This document shows, in pieces, positions 40,107 through 53,747 of a stretch of 64,000 nt of DNA (position 1 is the stretch's first letter; each line of letters begins with the position of its first letter). The position numbers and the translations under genes are program-made. The notes below the pieces were generated by a model that had not been told where the DNA came from, made no database searches, and worked only from the letters and a program-made list of their open reading frames with translations. The stretch is from Octopus vulgaris. Taxonomy: Eukaryota. The stretch covers positions 36,704,001 through 36,768,000 of the forward strand of contig OX597840.1 of the NCBI GenBank assembly GCA_951406725.2. The letters are read 5' to 3'.

Positions 40107-40610
40107 TTCTTTCTCTTATACTTTTACCTCTTTTTCTCCAACTATTCAATCCTATTACTCTGTCACTTTCTCTCCCTCACTACTCCTCCCCTGCTCACGT
40201 GGCTCCCACATGACCATCAGCCGTCTTTCTTTCTTTCTCTCCCTTGTAACTCGAACAAGGAAGACGTATTCTTGTTTGTCGCCTTTCTACGCTTGATTTA
40301 CGTGTTCGCCCTTCCTGTTTTTTTTTCACTGTCCAGTTTGTGTTACCTATTTTGACCGTCCGCAAAATCCGAAATTTTATTTAATTTCTTTGTGGGAGCA
40401 ACTGTTATATCGAAAGCGTATATTGTTGTTAAATGCTCGAAATACGAGACTAGAAAAACAGCCAACAACTGATGAAGGGTCGTTCTTTATGTTGTTTGTT
40501 TTGTTCTCCATTTGTGTCTTTCGTTGTTCGAAAGAATAGTTCATGTTCCATGTACTCGTGCTTCGTACTTTTTGTTGTACACGTTTCATGACGTCTTCTT
40601 GTACTCACAT
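40107..40610 (+). mobile_element. PLE-like terminal region (family F)
   Basis: Homologous to the minus strand of 18140-18330; T-rich tail. Confidence 0.6.
40417..40480 (+). ncRNA. Non-circularly permuted hammerhead ribozyme motif, core intact
   Basis: cgua-UA-uuguug-uuaaau-gcuc-GAAA-uacg-(16 nt)-caacaa-CUGAUGA-a-gggu; all three stems pair; predicted cut after 40422. Confidence 0.7.
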
Positions 40611-40810
40611 ATGCACACACACACACACACACACACATATTATTTATTTATATATGGTATATATACATATATAGAATATATATATATATATATATGCACA
40701 CACACAAACACGCACACACACACATAGTAATAGCAGTAACAAACTAAAGAACAGAATACTAAGCACTCAATACCGCAATATATGTACATATGTATGTAGT
40801 TATATATGTG

Positions 40811-40892
<82 letters not shown>

Positions 40893-41910
40893 ATTTCGAG
40901 GTGGTCATTTTTTTCTTGCTAAATAAACACACGCAGTATATATTCGTTATTCACTTCATTACTGTTTTTATTTTGGGTTCATTGGAAATGTTTCTTCACA
41001 CACCTGTGACCTCTTTAGCGACTTTTTTCCCACGTCTTTCCTCCTATTCCTGTTATTCCACACACACACACACACACACACACGAATACAAACATACACA
41101 CACACACGAATACAATGTAATTTTTAAAAGAAATTTCTACTAAAACTTTTTTCTCTTTACGCAGTGAATATTTTCTGATCAGAGCGAAGTTTCTTACACC
41201 CGTCCTTACGTCGATCCAGATGATTGCACAACGTGTCGATCCGCCCCATTTGCTCTTATTGCATCTTCTTTCTCTTTGTTTAATGGCTTCTTTAAAGTCA
41301 CTTGATAAGTACTTTACCACACTATTAAATGCTAAACTATTCACTCCTTATTGTTAACTGTTCCTTCATTACCTGATGCTGTCGAAATTCTCTTGTTCAA
41401 ATTACTGCTTACATTTCGAACAATGGCTGCTGGTTTGATCTGTTGTCTATATATAATACTAAATTGTTGTTATTAGGCTTCATGTACGTTTGAAATTTTC
41501 CACTGTTAAAGCCGAACGTTACCTTTAAAAACGTTAACTATTTCTGGCTAGTACGTACTGTAATTTTTAGATTCAAATAATGGAATGCTTTTATTAGTTA
41601 CTCGTACATATTTCAGGATATCAATAGAACAACATGGCTATGAAGTTGTCCATTAATGGTGTTGAAACTATGGGGAATTATGTCTAAAATATATGTTCCA
41701 CTGAAGTTGATCTCCGTTCGCATGTTTACGTCAAAGAGAATTGAATACGCTTTCTACAGCTATATTCTACTTGATTGTAATATATATTTAAACTTAATAA
41801 CAATCCTTTCTTTATTGGCTAAAGTGACCTCTACATCCACCACACAACGTGACAAACAAAAGAGAAGTACAACGCATGTGGCGATGTAAATATTTAATAC
41901 ATACATATGA

Positions 41911-41957
<47 letters not shown>

Positions 41958-41958
<1 letters not shown>

Positions 41959-42095
41959 CTATGTATTGGCTTATGATTTTCACTGTTTGATTTGCCTAAT
42001 AGTGGTTTTACCTCTAATTTAATATAATATATATATATTTATACTATAAAATTAGATTTAATCCTAAATCTAATTTTCCCCCGTAAGTTTGGATT
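41958..42095 (+). repeat. Unclassified AT-rich interspersed repeat (family G)
   Basis: Reverse-complement match to 62905-63060; both copies abut (TA)n. Confidence 0.75.
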
Positions 42096-42399
42096 ATATA
42101 TATATAATAAATGGATGATGTCGCAAAAACGTAGTGCGCTATAATACAAGAGACAGGGCAAAAATTTGATTCCCTAAAAATAGAAATGCGGGCAACCCAC
42201 GTAGGTAGGGGTGAAATGCTATCTTCCAAACTACACAAAATTTTTGACCATCGTCCGATTCGACCATCTACAAACTGAGTATTCCAAAACTGTCCTTGAA
42301 TATTTTCGGCGTTAGGTAGGTCTTAAAAGGTCATATCTTCTTGACCGCAATCCCAAGTCCATTGAGAAACCATTGGTCTTTAAACAACTATGTATGTTA

Positions 42400-42700
42400 G
42401 GGGCTGGTTGCTAACTAACTCAGATACCAGGAAACCACAAAATGGCAGAAATTCAAAAGATAGTGCTCATGTAAACTGCCCATATTCTACGTAAAATACT
42501 TTCTATGTAATCTCAAATTTTAAAACAAACTCATAATTTTCTTATGTGTTCTTAAACATTCACTAGTACAACACTATGTGCAAAACTAAATATATGACAC
42601 CCTACGCATAACACCAACTTGAACTTCTAACTTGTTGTCTCTTGAGGTCTCTGGGTGAGACTTGGAGCCAACTTGTACAAATACAAAGCAAAAGTCAAAC

Positions 42701-42733
<33 letters not shown>
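42400..42733 (+). mobile_element. R4/Dong-like LINE 3' end with (TAA)n tail
   Basis: IPGNHKMAEIQKIVLM*TAHILRKILSM* (cf. IQKIVLLGTAHILRKVL), then 3' UTR and (TAA)n at 42702-42733. Confidence 0.8.
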
Positions 42734-42735
<2 letters not shown>

Positions 42736-42785
42736 GCTCACATACATATTAACTGACAGAATATAAACTTTTCTTGAACCGAGAT

Positions 42786-43545
42786 CTATTCTTTCACAAG
42801 CTCAAAAAGGCTGTAAAGGTAATTCTTATGGGTGCAAAGATTAATTACTCGTAAATAAAATGACTGTAGATAAAAATCCGGAGCAAAAAGAACCTGGGTA
42901 TGGCATGGATAGAATACAGGAAAGCGTTTGGTAGTGTCCCACATAATTGGATACTCAAGGTTCTTCATTACTCTTTTGCATGGCACTGGTCCCATTCTCA
43001 AACGAACTAAATAACCCAGGTATAGGTTCAAAGTTTACGATATGATAATAAACCATCTGTTTTATACGGACGACCTGAAGCTGTTTGCTAAAAATGGCGA
43101 AGAGCTATCAGGGTTGCTAACAACTGTTAAAGAATTCAGCAATGACATCGGAATGGATTTTGGCGGCCTTGATAAGTGTGCTAATGCAACTTCTGTAAGA
43201 GGCAATCCTAGGCAACTAGCTTCCATTAAATTAAACACCAACACTACCATCAAGGAGCTTGAGCCACAAGAAAATTACAAATACATGGGGATAAACGAAG
43301 GAGATGGTATACAACATGCTATTATGAAGAAACAAATATTACTGGAGAACAAGACTCATACTAAAAATTGAACTCAACTCTAAAAATCGCATCGAATCCA
43401 TTAATAGACATCCTAGCACTTCCAGTATTCCAATATAGTTTTAACATCATTAACTGGAATCTTACAGAGCTCCAACGCCTGGACAGGAAGACAAGAAAAC
43501 TACTAACTTTTATGAACATGCATCATCCAAAAGTAGATGTCGAAT
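42786..43545 (+). pseudogene. Decayed R4/Dong-like reverse transcriptase
   Basis: WIEYRKAFGSVPHNWI, INHLFYTDDLKLFAK, FSNDIGMDFGGLDKC, YKYMGI, YSFNIINWN...LDRKTRK...MHHPKVDVE. Confidence 0.9.
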
Positions 43546-43804
43546 TCGGCGAAATTTGAACTCGGAACGTAAAGACAGACGAAATACCGCTAAGCATCTT
43601 GCCCAGCGTGTTAACGATTCTGCCAATAGTGATAAGGTTTTATAAGTTTGGCACTGGGCCTACATGTCTGAGGGGCAAGGGTTAGTTGATTACAGCAACC
43701 CTTGGACCCAACAGCAAGGGATTGGAACTCACATTAGAATGAATCTGAAGAGATTCGGTTTTGCATTTTTCCCGAATCTCCAACGATTCTACAAGCTCAC
43801 CGTC

Positions 43805-43856
<52 letters not shown>

Positions 43857-43885
43857 TAATAATAATAATAATAATGATAATAATT
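43805..43885. repeat. (TAA)n microsatellite
   Basis: Direct observation. Confidence 0.95.
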
Positions 43886-45589
43886 TAAAAAATAAATTGA
43901 AGCAAAGAAAATATAATATAAATTTCCTTTAGTCTTCAATTCTTTATTCTTTAACTTCCAAGAACATTTTTCTTTGGAATCAAACATTCTGGAATAAAAC
44001 TAATACTACAAATAAAAAAGAACAAAACAAAGCAAAACAAGTGTAAAAGTCAAATATTGGTTTGTTTCTGTCTCCTTTTCTTTGCTCACTTTTTTGTTTT
44101 GTTTTATTTCGTGTATTTATTTGTTGTTGTTGGTGTTTGTGTGGAGTTAGTTTACTTTTTGTCTTTTGTTAATCTTTTCGAAATTTCAAATATTTTCATG
44201 AACTGGAAACATAGAAGTGAAAATGAAGGAATCTGAAATCTCATTTTAAATGCGAACCAGAATTTATTATTATAAAAAAATAAAAAATAATAGTAACAAC
44301 AAAATAATAATAATAATAATGTCTATTAATAATAATAATCGTTTGAATTTCGTTTGGGGGAAATCAAATTTCAATAACAGCGGTTTAAATTAAATTTTAC
44401 TTTATGATTCTTCTAATTGATATTTTTCAATGGTTTGTGAGAGAAAGAGGGACAACATGCATGGCCCTTAATCAGTATCTCCTAGTCTGTTGAAAGGAAG
44501 AGAGCGTTCTTTAGATGATCGGAAACCTGGTTCGAATACTCATGGCAGTGAAGACTCCATTAATGGCACTCAACCGCGGTCAGGTTTTGAGCAAAGTAAT
44601 GCTTTAAGTCTAGTGCCATCATAGAAGGCAGGAACGGTCACACCGTTGACGGGGTTACTTTTGTACAGTTTCTACTTAAATTTCATACAAGGCTTTGCTC
44701 GCCCCGAAGCTACACATAAAGGGCCACGCAAAAGAAGAAAAAAGGGCATCGAAAGGATAAGTGGTACAAAGATACTGATACAAACACTAAGATGAGAAAA
44801 TTGGAAAGAATAAAAAGTCTCTGAAGAGGGAGGGAAGACAGTGGCAAAAAGATTCCGGTGCTTTAACGGCAGAAATGCGATCGGAACGACTGATTACTAA
44901 TTATAATGATTTGTGAAATTTCCCATTGCAATGACTAAATGAAGGGAGGGTCATATCTAGATTGGTTTCTTTAATAGGTATGCCAGGAGAAGCTAGAACA
45001 GCAACTTCAACGCAAACACCAACACGAGCCAACATAAGAGCCTTACATAGTCTCTCGATCTTCTAGAATTAGCAGCTTAAGGTATCATCTTTTACTCTTT
45101 TAATAGTTTCAGTCATGGGACTGCGGCCATGCTGGAGTTTTGCCTTCGTAGTTTCTTTTTCAACCTGTTGCTGATTTCATACAAACGTACGGAAAGGCAG
45201 TCGTGAAAGAACTTCACACGCCAAGGTATTTCTACTCGACACACTGGGGTTTGTTACGTAAAGTTAATATTCACAGAGAACATACCGACAAATTTGCATA
45301 AAAACCTAAAAATACTCGGCTTCTATGGTAAAAGAGCTAAAGAAACTGAGGCGGATTCTCCACATCCAATCTATTAGAGGCAAACAGAAGAATGGTAAGA
45401 AATGCCAAACATTCTCCATCTGAGGTTCTTATGTGAACAGATGCACAAACTCGGGTGTCTGCATCGATAGTTCAACCAACTGAACCACATATTTACAAAC
45501 ACCGGGAAATCTCTTAACACAAGAAGTCTTGTCGCTTTGTTAGCGACCGGCTTGAACTCGCCCAAAAACTTAAACTCAAAGGAAAAATC

Positions 45590-46040
45590 ATACATAGACA
45601 CACTCATACACACACGCACACGCACACACACAAACATATGTATGTATATATACATATACATATATATACATATATATACATATATATATACATATATATA
45701 CATATATATATACATATATATACATATATACATAATACATATATATGCATAATGCATATATATATATATATATACATACATATATATACATATACACATA
45801 CATACATATACACATACATATATACATACGTACATATATACATACATATATACATACATACATATACATACATATATATATACATATATACACGTACGTA
45901 CATACATATATATACACATACATACATACATATATATACATACATACACACACACACACATACATATATATATATATTCATTTGCGCGTATGTAAGCAAA
46001 TATATGTGCATATAAATATATACATGTTTGTGTGTGTGCG
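45590..46040. repeat. (TA)/(CATA)n compound microsatellite
   Basis: Direct observation. Confidence 0.95.
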
Positions 46041-46049
46041 CGAGTAGAC

Positions 46050-46170
46050 ACGTGGTTTAGTGGTAAAATTGTTGGACTCATGATCGTAAGATCGTTGTTT
46101 CGATTCCCGCAGCAGGTGATGCGTTCTCTGGCAAAACATCCAATTTCATGTTGTCCAGATCACTCAGGAG
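46050..46170 (+). mobile_element. SINE head H2, diverged
   Basis: GTGGTTTAGTGGTAA...GGACTCATGATCGTAAG..GTTTCGATTCCC. Confidence 0.7.
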
Positions 46171-46282
46171 ACAGAAATTACATATTCTAGTGGCAGAGCT
46201 GCATCCCATCCAATGGAGAGCATTACCCCAGTGAATCCGGAAAGGATTTCCTAAGGAATCTGCATGACTCGGGAAGGTGCTT

Positions 46283-46373
<91 letters not shown>

Positions 46374-46560
46374 GGAGTTCAAATTTACAGAAAACAAAAG
46401 ACAAAGACAAGCAAAGGAACAACAAGCAGGTGTATTTGTTTAACGCTCTCGAAGAAGAGAAAAGTCTTTGACGTTTCGAACCTACACTCTTCGATAAAAA
46501 GCGGGGAGGGAACGAAAGGAACGGAGAGAGAAAAAAATTGTAGGGTTTAACGATTCAACA
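46374..46560 (-). mobile_element. PLE-type terminal repeat (family E2) with degenerate minimal hammerhead
   Basis: Minus strand CTTT-TTATCGA-A-GAGT-GTAG-GTTC-GAAA-CGTC-AAAG; homologous to 60420-60625. Confidence 0.65.
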
Positions 46561-47914
46561 AAGTGAAATGGCCGGAAGAATGAGGCTGAGGGAATGGATA
46601 TTAAAGTGGAATATCTACAACAAAGTACACGACTTCAGTGCTTCACTGTGAGATTGAACCCATGCGAACATGAAACGAATTTCGTAATCATATCTCCTAT
46701 GCCTGCCATCTCCCAAGTAATTTTTGTGAGAAGTGAGTTGAATATAAAAATATGCGATGGTCACGGCTGAGACGCCTTTGATCACAGGTCTGCTCCATCA
46801 AGTTTGATGTGAAATAAACAACGACAACAACAATAACAACATCAACAGCAACTGCAACAACAACAGCAAGAAAAACCACAAGGGATAAAAGGACCCAACC
46901 ACTGCCAGCCGCCATATTAACTTTCAAATAAAGAAAGAAAAAAACTTAAATTTTAATCATGGAAATAAATAAAAATTTATTAAAAAATTTTTAATGAATA
47001 TTATGGTTAGAACAACATCGAACATAAAATGGAAAACAGAAATAAAATGAAAATGAGTTGTAAAATAATTAAAGCTAATTTTCCAATATGGAAAATAATA
47101 AAAATAATAAATATTTTCATTAATAATAATAATGGCTTTCGGCGCAGGGGGAAAAAAAAAGATAAATTTTATGGGAGGGAACAGTCGATTTAATCGAGCC
47201 CAGTACTTGACTGGTACTTTATTTTATCGACCCTGGACGCATGAAAAAGAATATTGATTTTGGCAAGATTTGAAATGTGAAAGTAAAGAGTTGTCGGATT
47301 AATAAATTCTTTCAATAATTCAAATATTAATGTTCTTGATCTTGTTGCTAAGGTGCAGGTGAAAATTGATTAAGCAATTTTACAAGTGTATCTCGGAATA
47401 CATAATCCAGTGCATTTTTCTTTCATTAAAACGATTGGTTTTTCAGAGATATTTCCCTGCCATTACCAGTTCGTATCGAGACTGAGATTTCTAACATTTA
47501 ATTATATTTCTCTCCAAACATTTGATTGGTTAGGGTTACACATCACATTTATAGGTTTTGGCCACTTGTTCTTTTGTGACCATTCTTTGGTCATGCTGGA
47601 GCACTGCTGTTGCTTTCAGATTCACTGAATCGTTGTTTTCCATAGTTTCTTCTTTCCCGAATTGCCATTATTGAGTTAACTAATTAATTTGTATTAAAGA
47701 GTCAACTTGTCACCCAGGTAAACACATCAATCAGGCACCTGGGTTTCCTTTATTGGAATCCATTCTGTTGGAAGCACTCAGAGCAGGTCTCAGGTTTGGG
47801 GGAACCTCCCTCCTTACCTTTCACCAGTCTCAGAGACCTCATAATCAGTTAAGAGCACTGCGTTCCATTCTAACCAAAAGATCAACAATTATTATCGTTA
47901 TTCTTAATAGAATT

Positions 47915-48105
47915 AAAACTTAGCAAAATCGTCAAAATAGCGGGATTTCTTTCAGTTTTACGTTCTGAGTTCAAATTCCGTCGAGGTAAGTTTGCTTTTC
48001 ATCATTTCAGAGTCGACAAAATTAGTACCTTTGTGGGTACTGGAGTCCATTTAATCGACTTTCTCTCCCTTAAAATTGCTGGCCTTGTGCCAAAATTTGA
48101 AACAA
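47915..48105 (+). mobile_element. SINE family B, diverged
   Basis: TTACGTTCTGAGTTCAAATTCCG.CGAGG...CTTTTCATC.TTTC.GAGTCGA.AAA.TTAGTACC. Confidence 0.75.
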
Positions 48106-48689
48106 TTATTAATCACGGAATTTTATTTTCTTAACGTTTGAAGACATCGTCCACTGTTTATTGTATTTTTATATCTAACAAAACTGTAATTTGCTTATAA
48201 AATTATATCAAGCGCTTTGGTTTAAGTTAATTAGATAATTATGTCAGACATTGTGTCTTATAACCAAACATTAAAATATCTCAAAACAGCAAGACATAAA
48301 AAGGAAAAGGCAATAAGAAACATGCACAAGAAAGTCATCAAAGCTGACGGATTTCTGGACAACTTACGTTTGGGACATTGATGTCGTTTAATTCGGACAT
48401 ATGGCTAACGCTAGATGGACAGTTGAGTACGAAATGCCTTTTCTGGCCATTAAATCATGATTGTACTGCTATGCAATCAGATCATGTATTTTCCAAACCA
48501 ACAAATATCATATGTTGCCTTTAAAATACATACATTTTACGATATTTATTAAGTGAGTAAGCCCGTTTCTAAGCCCTTATGGTTACCAGTCTCACTCCTT
48601 ATTCTATCTCTACCTTACTGCTTATAAGTATGCACACATGCACACACATACACGTATGAATATGTGTATGTATATAATATATACATAAA

Positions 48690-48892
48690 AAAGGCGGCGA
48701 GCTGGCAGAAACGTTAGCGCGTCTGTCGTAACGTTCTGAGTTCAAATTCCGCCGAGGTCGATTTTGCCTTTCATCCTTTCAGGGTCGATAAATAGAGTAC
48801 CAGTTTCGCACTGGGGTCGATGTAATCGACTTGATCCCTTTGTCTATCCTTGTTTGTCCTGTGTTTAGCCCCTTGTGGGCAGTAAAGAAATA
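48690..48892 (+). mobile_element. SINE family B with a small internal deletion
   Basis: AAGGCGGCGAGCTGGCAGAAACGTTAGC...AGTAAAGAAAT. Confidence 0.9.
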
Positions 48893-48923
48893 TATATATA
48901 CACACATACATATATATATATTA

Positions 48924-49309
48924 CTAGCAGTATCGCCCGGCGTTGCTCAGGTTTGTAAGGGAAATAACTATAAAGCATTTTTAGAGAGTTATAGCCCAAA
49001 AATAGCAAAAAAATAGGAAAAAAATGATGGTAAATTTTTTTTTGAGATTTAAAAAAGGTGGAGTTGCGTCCCCTAGCCAGTTTGTGGTTCGTGTTTCTGA
49101 TTCTCGACCCCATGTCGAATTTATCGATTTTTTTCAGAACTGGGGGAAGTTTTCAAAATTTTCGCTGCGTTAGTTTTGAAGTATGACATTGGGCTATGTG
49201 TGTGTCAAGTTTCATCAGAATCGGTTGAAAGCCGTGGTCAGGGTGAGGGTACAAGCAAACAGACACACAGAAACACGCACAGACAAACTGCCGTTTATAT
49301 ATAGAGAGA
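48924..49309 (-). mobile_element. Complete non-autonomous Helitron
   Basis: Minus strand starts A|TCTCTCTATATATAAA and ends with hairpin CCTGAGCAACGCCGGG then CTAG|T: 5'-TC/CTAG-3' termini between A and T, no TSD. Confidence 0.85.
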
Positions 49310-49474
49310 TAGGTGTATGTATGTGTGATTGCTTGTATTTGTATGTCTATATACACAATGCAAATGATAAACTAAGATATATATTCAAATCTGGATCTTC
49401 AGAGAAAGCATCATAAATATCGACTGATATCAAAAAGAGTCCCATGAGAAACAATTTATATTATACATAAAACA

Positions 49475-49517
<43 letters not shown>

Positions 49518-49782
49518 TTTATATATATATATATATATATACATACATACATACATACATATAGGTATGTATTTGTGTGTGTTCGTGTCAGTATGATTAT
49601 ACGTGGGTGTATACAGTATATAAAACACACATAACGTTTACAAATTATCATGTGGGTGTATATATATGAATATGTACACATACATAAATACATTTGCACA
49701 TAAGTACGCATGTATACCCATGTATATATAAGATACATATCTGTATATGTTTGTGTGTGTGTTTCTTACTCTATGTTTACAA

Positions 49783-49816
<34 letters not shown>

Positions 49817-50196
49817 GGGGTGGTGCGTTTATGAGAGAGTATATTAATGTTTGTTTCAGTAAAGCCAAGCGCTTCTTGTCTAAACTGACCTTTCGAGTTT
49901 GAGACCCATGTCAGGTTAAAGTCTCCAGTTCGGTGCAACGTCCTTAATTTTGTTGACTCTCTTAATTAATTGAATATTTGTCAGATACAAATTCTGTTAC
50001 TGTTGAAATGGCGCTGAATAGACACAGATATGAATCGGTGTGTTATATATGGACATAAATATATATAAAATTTATATATATATATATATATGCATGAATC
50101 TGTCTATCTATAAAACACTATTTGTGCATAACATTCTGCGTCGAATTATGCTTGCCTGCAAAAAGATAATTTTGCGGCTAATGTTGCTTTAATCAT

Positions 50197-50245
<49 letters not shown>

Positions 50246-50321
50246 AATAAGGCGAGCCAGCAGAAACGTTACACGCCGGGCGAAATGCTTGACTGTATTT
50301 CGTCTGTCTTTACGTTCTGTG

Positions 50322-50364
<43 letters not shown>

Positions 50365-50369
50365 CACAG

Positions 50370-50792
50370 TTTTATTCTTTTATTTATTTCAGCCATTTGA
50401 CTGCGGCCATACTGGAGCATCGCATTTAGTCGAACACATCGACCCCAGGACTTATTCTTTCTAAGACTAGTGCTTACTCTATCAGTCAATTTGCCGAACC
50501 GCTAAGCTACGGGGACAAACACACCAACATCGGTTGTCAAGCGATGGTGAGGGGGCAAATACATACACAGAAACACGCAGACACACACACACACACAGAC
50601 ACACAAAGACACACACACACACATACATATATATTTATGACGTGCTTCTTTCAGTTTCCGTCTACTAAATTCACTCACAGGGCTTTGGTTGGCCCGAGTC
50701 TATAGTAGAAGACACTTCCCTAAGGTGCCACGCAGTGGGACTTGAACCTGGAACCATGTGGTTAATAAGCAAGCTACTTACCATACAGCCAC
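50370..50792 (-). mobile_element. SINE family A, full length
   Basis: Head GTGGCTGTATGGTAAG...GGTTCAAGTCCC, internal (TG)n, tail GCTCCAG.ATGGCCGCAGTCAAATG.CTGAAA. Confidence 0.9.
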
Positions 50793-51281
50793 ATATGTAT
50801 ATGCACACATACATATGTAAATATATGTACATATATACACACACATAAATATATATGTGCATGAATATATATATATATATATGCAATTAATATATGTATA
50901 CAAACATAGATAATTGTATATATATATTAATTCATATAAATATTTACATTTATTCACCCGGCTATATTTACATTTATTCATCTTTCTGTATACACACGTT
51001 TATATTTTTTATCATTTGTAAACACGGAGCTGAAAGGAGACAGAAGAAAAAAGAAGACCGCAGTCAAAGCTGTTCGTGGTTTTGGCAAAAGCTAACCGAA
51101 TCTCGTTCAAGGAGATCACACACATTGCACACGAATGAAAACGGAATCTCATACATGAATACACGTGTATAAACGACACACACACACACATGTTTTCACA
51201 AGTTTATGCAAGGCAGCGTGTTTATTCCGCACATCTTTAGAAAGAATACATATCTTTCTCTTACTCTCTTTCTCTCTATAT

Positions 51282-51340
<59 letters not shown>

Positions 51341-51445
51341 TATATTTGCATACATACATATATGTTTATCTATATACATATATAAATGCATACACACAGG
51401 CACACACAGACATACACACACATATTTATTTGTATATGGGTTTCG

Positions 51446-51489
<44 letters not shown>

Positions 51490-52849
51490 ATTAATATTTA
51501 TAAAAATACACACATTCATATATACATACAGATATATACATAATCACACACACATATATATATTTTTTCCTTTCAAGCATACATATACACAAACATCTTT
51601 ACGTACATATAACCACAGGAAACCAATTTATAGAGCTGAAGACATCAGAACATTGGGAGAAAAATGAATCGCAGAATTGCGATCACAGAGCGAATTTCCA
51701 ATTACATTATAACACACACACACACACACAGACACACGCACACACATGCACGTATGCACACGTACGCATACACACGTACATATATGTAGCATCGTTATTA
51801 TCATCCTCAAAACATTTTAAAGAAATCTTCAGATATTTTTTTTTCTTTTAGCTATCTACCGGATGAAGAAGAATCAATAATGTTGATAACACAAATAATT
51901 ATATTAATAATAATAATAATAATAATAATAACAATAATAATAATAATAATAATAATGTGGAATATGAATTAATGCAAGCTGGGATATTATTTATAAGAGA
52001 AGTAAAGGAAAAAAAAAAAGAAATAGATTCAAAGTGATATTTCTAAGACTTATAAGAATAGGAAAAAGATTTCTTATAGAAATTCTGAAGATGTAAATAT
52101 TTCTAACAATATATCGTAAATAAATCTTTAAATGTATAAAATGTTTAAACAAATATATTAAAAAAAACAGAACCTTTTAATAAAGCGCTGAAAACCCACC
52201 AACCAATCAATGTCTTGATTTTGTCGTTATGCTAAACACGAGGTGTAAATATAAAAAATGTTGGAATAACAACAACAACAATAATAATAATCTCTCGTTG
52301 GAATTTTGACACAGGGCCAGGAATTTTGGTGGGAAGGGTTAGCTGATTATATTGACCTGACAGAAGTAATTTTTTCGAGGAATCTAACGACTGATAATAC
52401 TCCTTCACATTTTGGCACAATGCCAGCAATTTTAGGGAGGTCACAGAGAGATTACATTCACTGAAATGTTCAGTTGCTACTTTTATCGACCCCCGTAATA
52501 ATGAATGGCAAAGTCGACCTTGGTGGAAGTTACCATTATAAGTAATTGGAATAGTGCCTTAGGGATAGCTGAAATGAAATTGAATGGCTGGTTGAAGATG
52601 TTGGAAACCAAGAGGAATCTTGTAATTCAGCAGGAAACAAACATGCTTTCTGCAGAATCAAGAAAGAATCGGAATAAAGGTGGTACATGGCTAAGTTTTG
52701 CGTGATCCCTGATAATCAAATAATCGCAGAAGAACAAAGAAATTCTAACTGAAAGAAATAATGATGATGAAGATTATGATGATGATAATGATGACGACGC
52801 GATGATGGTGATAAGAGGAAAAATAGATAGTTCTTTCTACTGTAGGGAC

Positions 52850-53043
52850 ATGACTGAAAATATTTTTGTGAGGTAAGTCGATGGCTTAGACCCCAGTTTT
52901 TAACTGGTACTCATTTCATCGACATCGAAAGGATGAAAAGCAAAGTCAACCTTGGCGAAATTTGAACTCGGAACGTAAGGATGGACGAAACGCCGATAAG
53001 AATTTTGCCCAGCATGCGAACGACTCCATCAGCGCTCCGCCTT
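52850..53043 (-). mobile_element. SINE family B, diverged
   Basis: GAAAGGATGAAA.GCAAAGTC.ACC...AAATTTGAACTC.GAACGTAA. Confidence 0.8.
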
Positions 53044-53392
53044 CAACCATAAAAATAAAAAAGGGGTCATCGCAAGCATAAAGCAGGAAATGGTGTAGAA
53101 AGGGATTGGACCAAAGACGGAAAACAGGAGAGAGAAACACAAAAGGGCAAACTTATATGGCCAGGAAGGGTCCAAATGTTTGAGACGAAATAGGGAGCCA
53201 GGCAGTTGTAGTAAATTTGCTACTGAGGGCAAGGAATTTCTGGTGTACGCGCTCTCCGCTCATCGGACACCTGTTGAGTGTAAGTCCATCTGCGAAAGAC
53301 ACGTTCGTTACTCTTAATCCACCTTTCAACAAATTTATCTTCCTCCTACCACTCCTCCCTCTCCGAAGGGAACTTGAAGACGTTTATGAAGG

Positions 53393-53455
<63 letters not shown>

Positions 53456-53699
53456 ATATATTTTTTTATTCGTTTCAGCTCTACACCTGGGCCATGCTGG
53501 AGCACCACCATGGTTTTGCTGACTTTCTCAGTCTGTGGTGTTTCACATCACCACTCCTGCACGTGCCTTTGTCGCAGCTGTTGGTCCATTTGGCTTATAA
53601 GGGAATTTGATTCCGCTGCCCTCGTCTGTACCTCTTGACGTAGCAGATAGGCCAGTGTGTGTTAGTGGAAAGAAGGGAGAGAAAGAAAGAGAGACAGTG

Positions 53700-53747
<48 letters not shown>

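Noticed and set aside
45374-46081. Long YI/CV/HT-rich ORFs here and at 20813, 33478, 35883 and 54402
   Set aside because: (TA)/(CA)/(TATG)n repeats lack stop codons in most frames.
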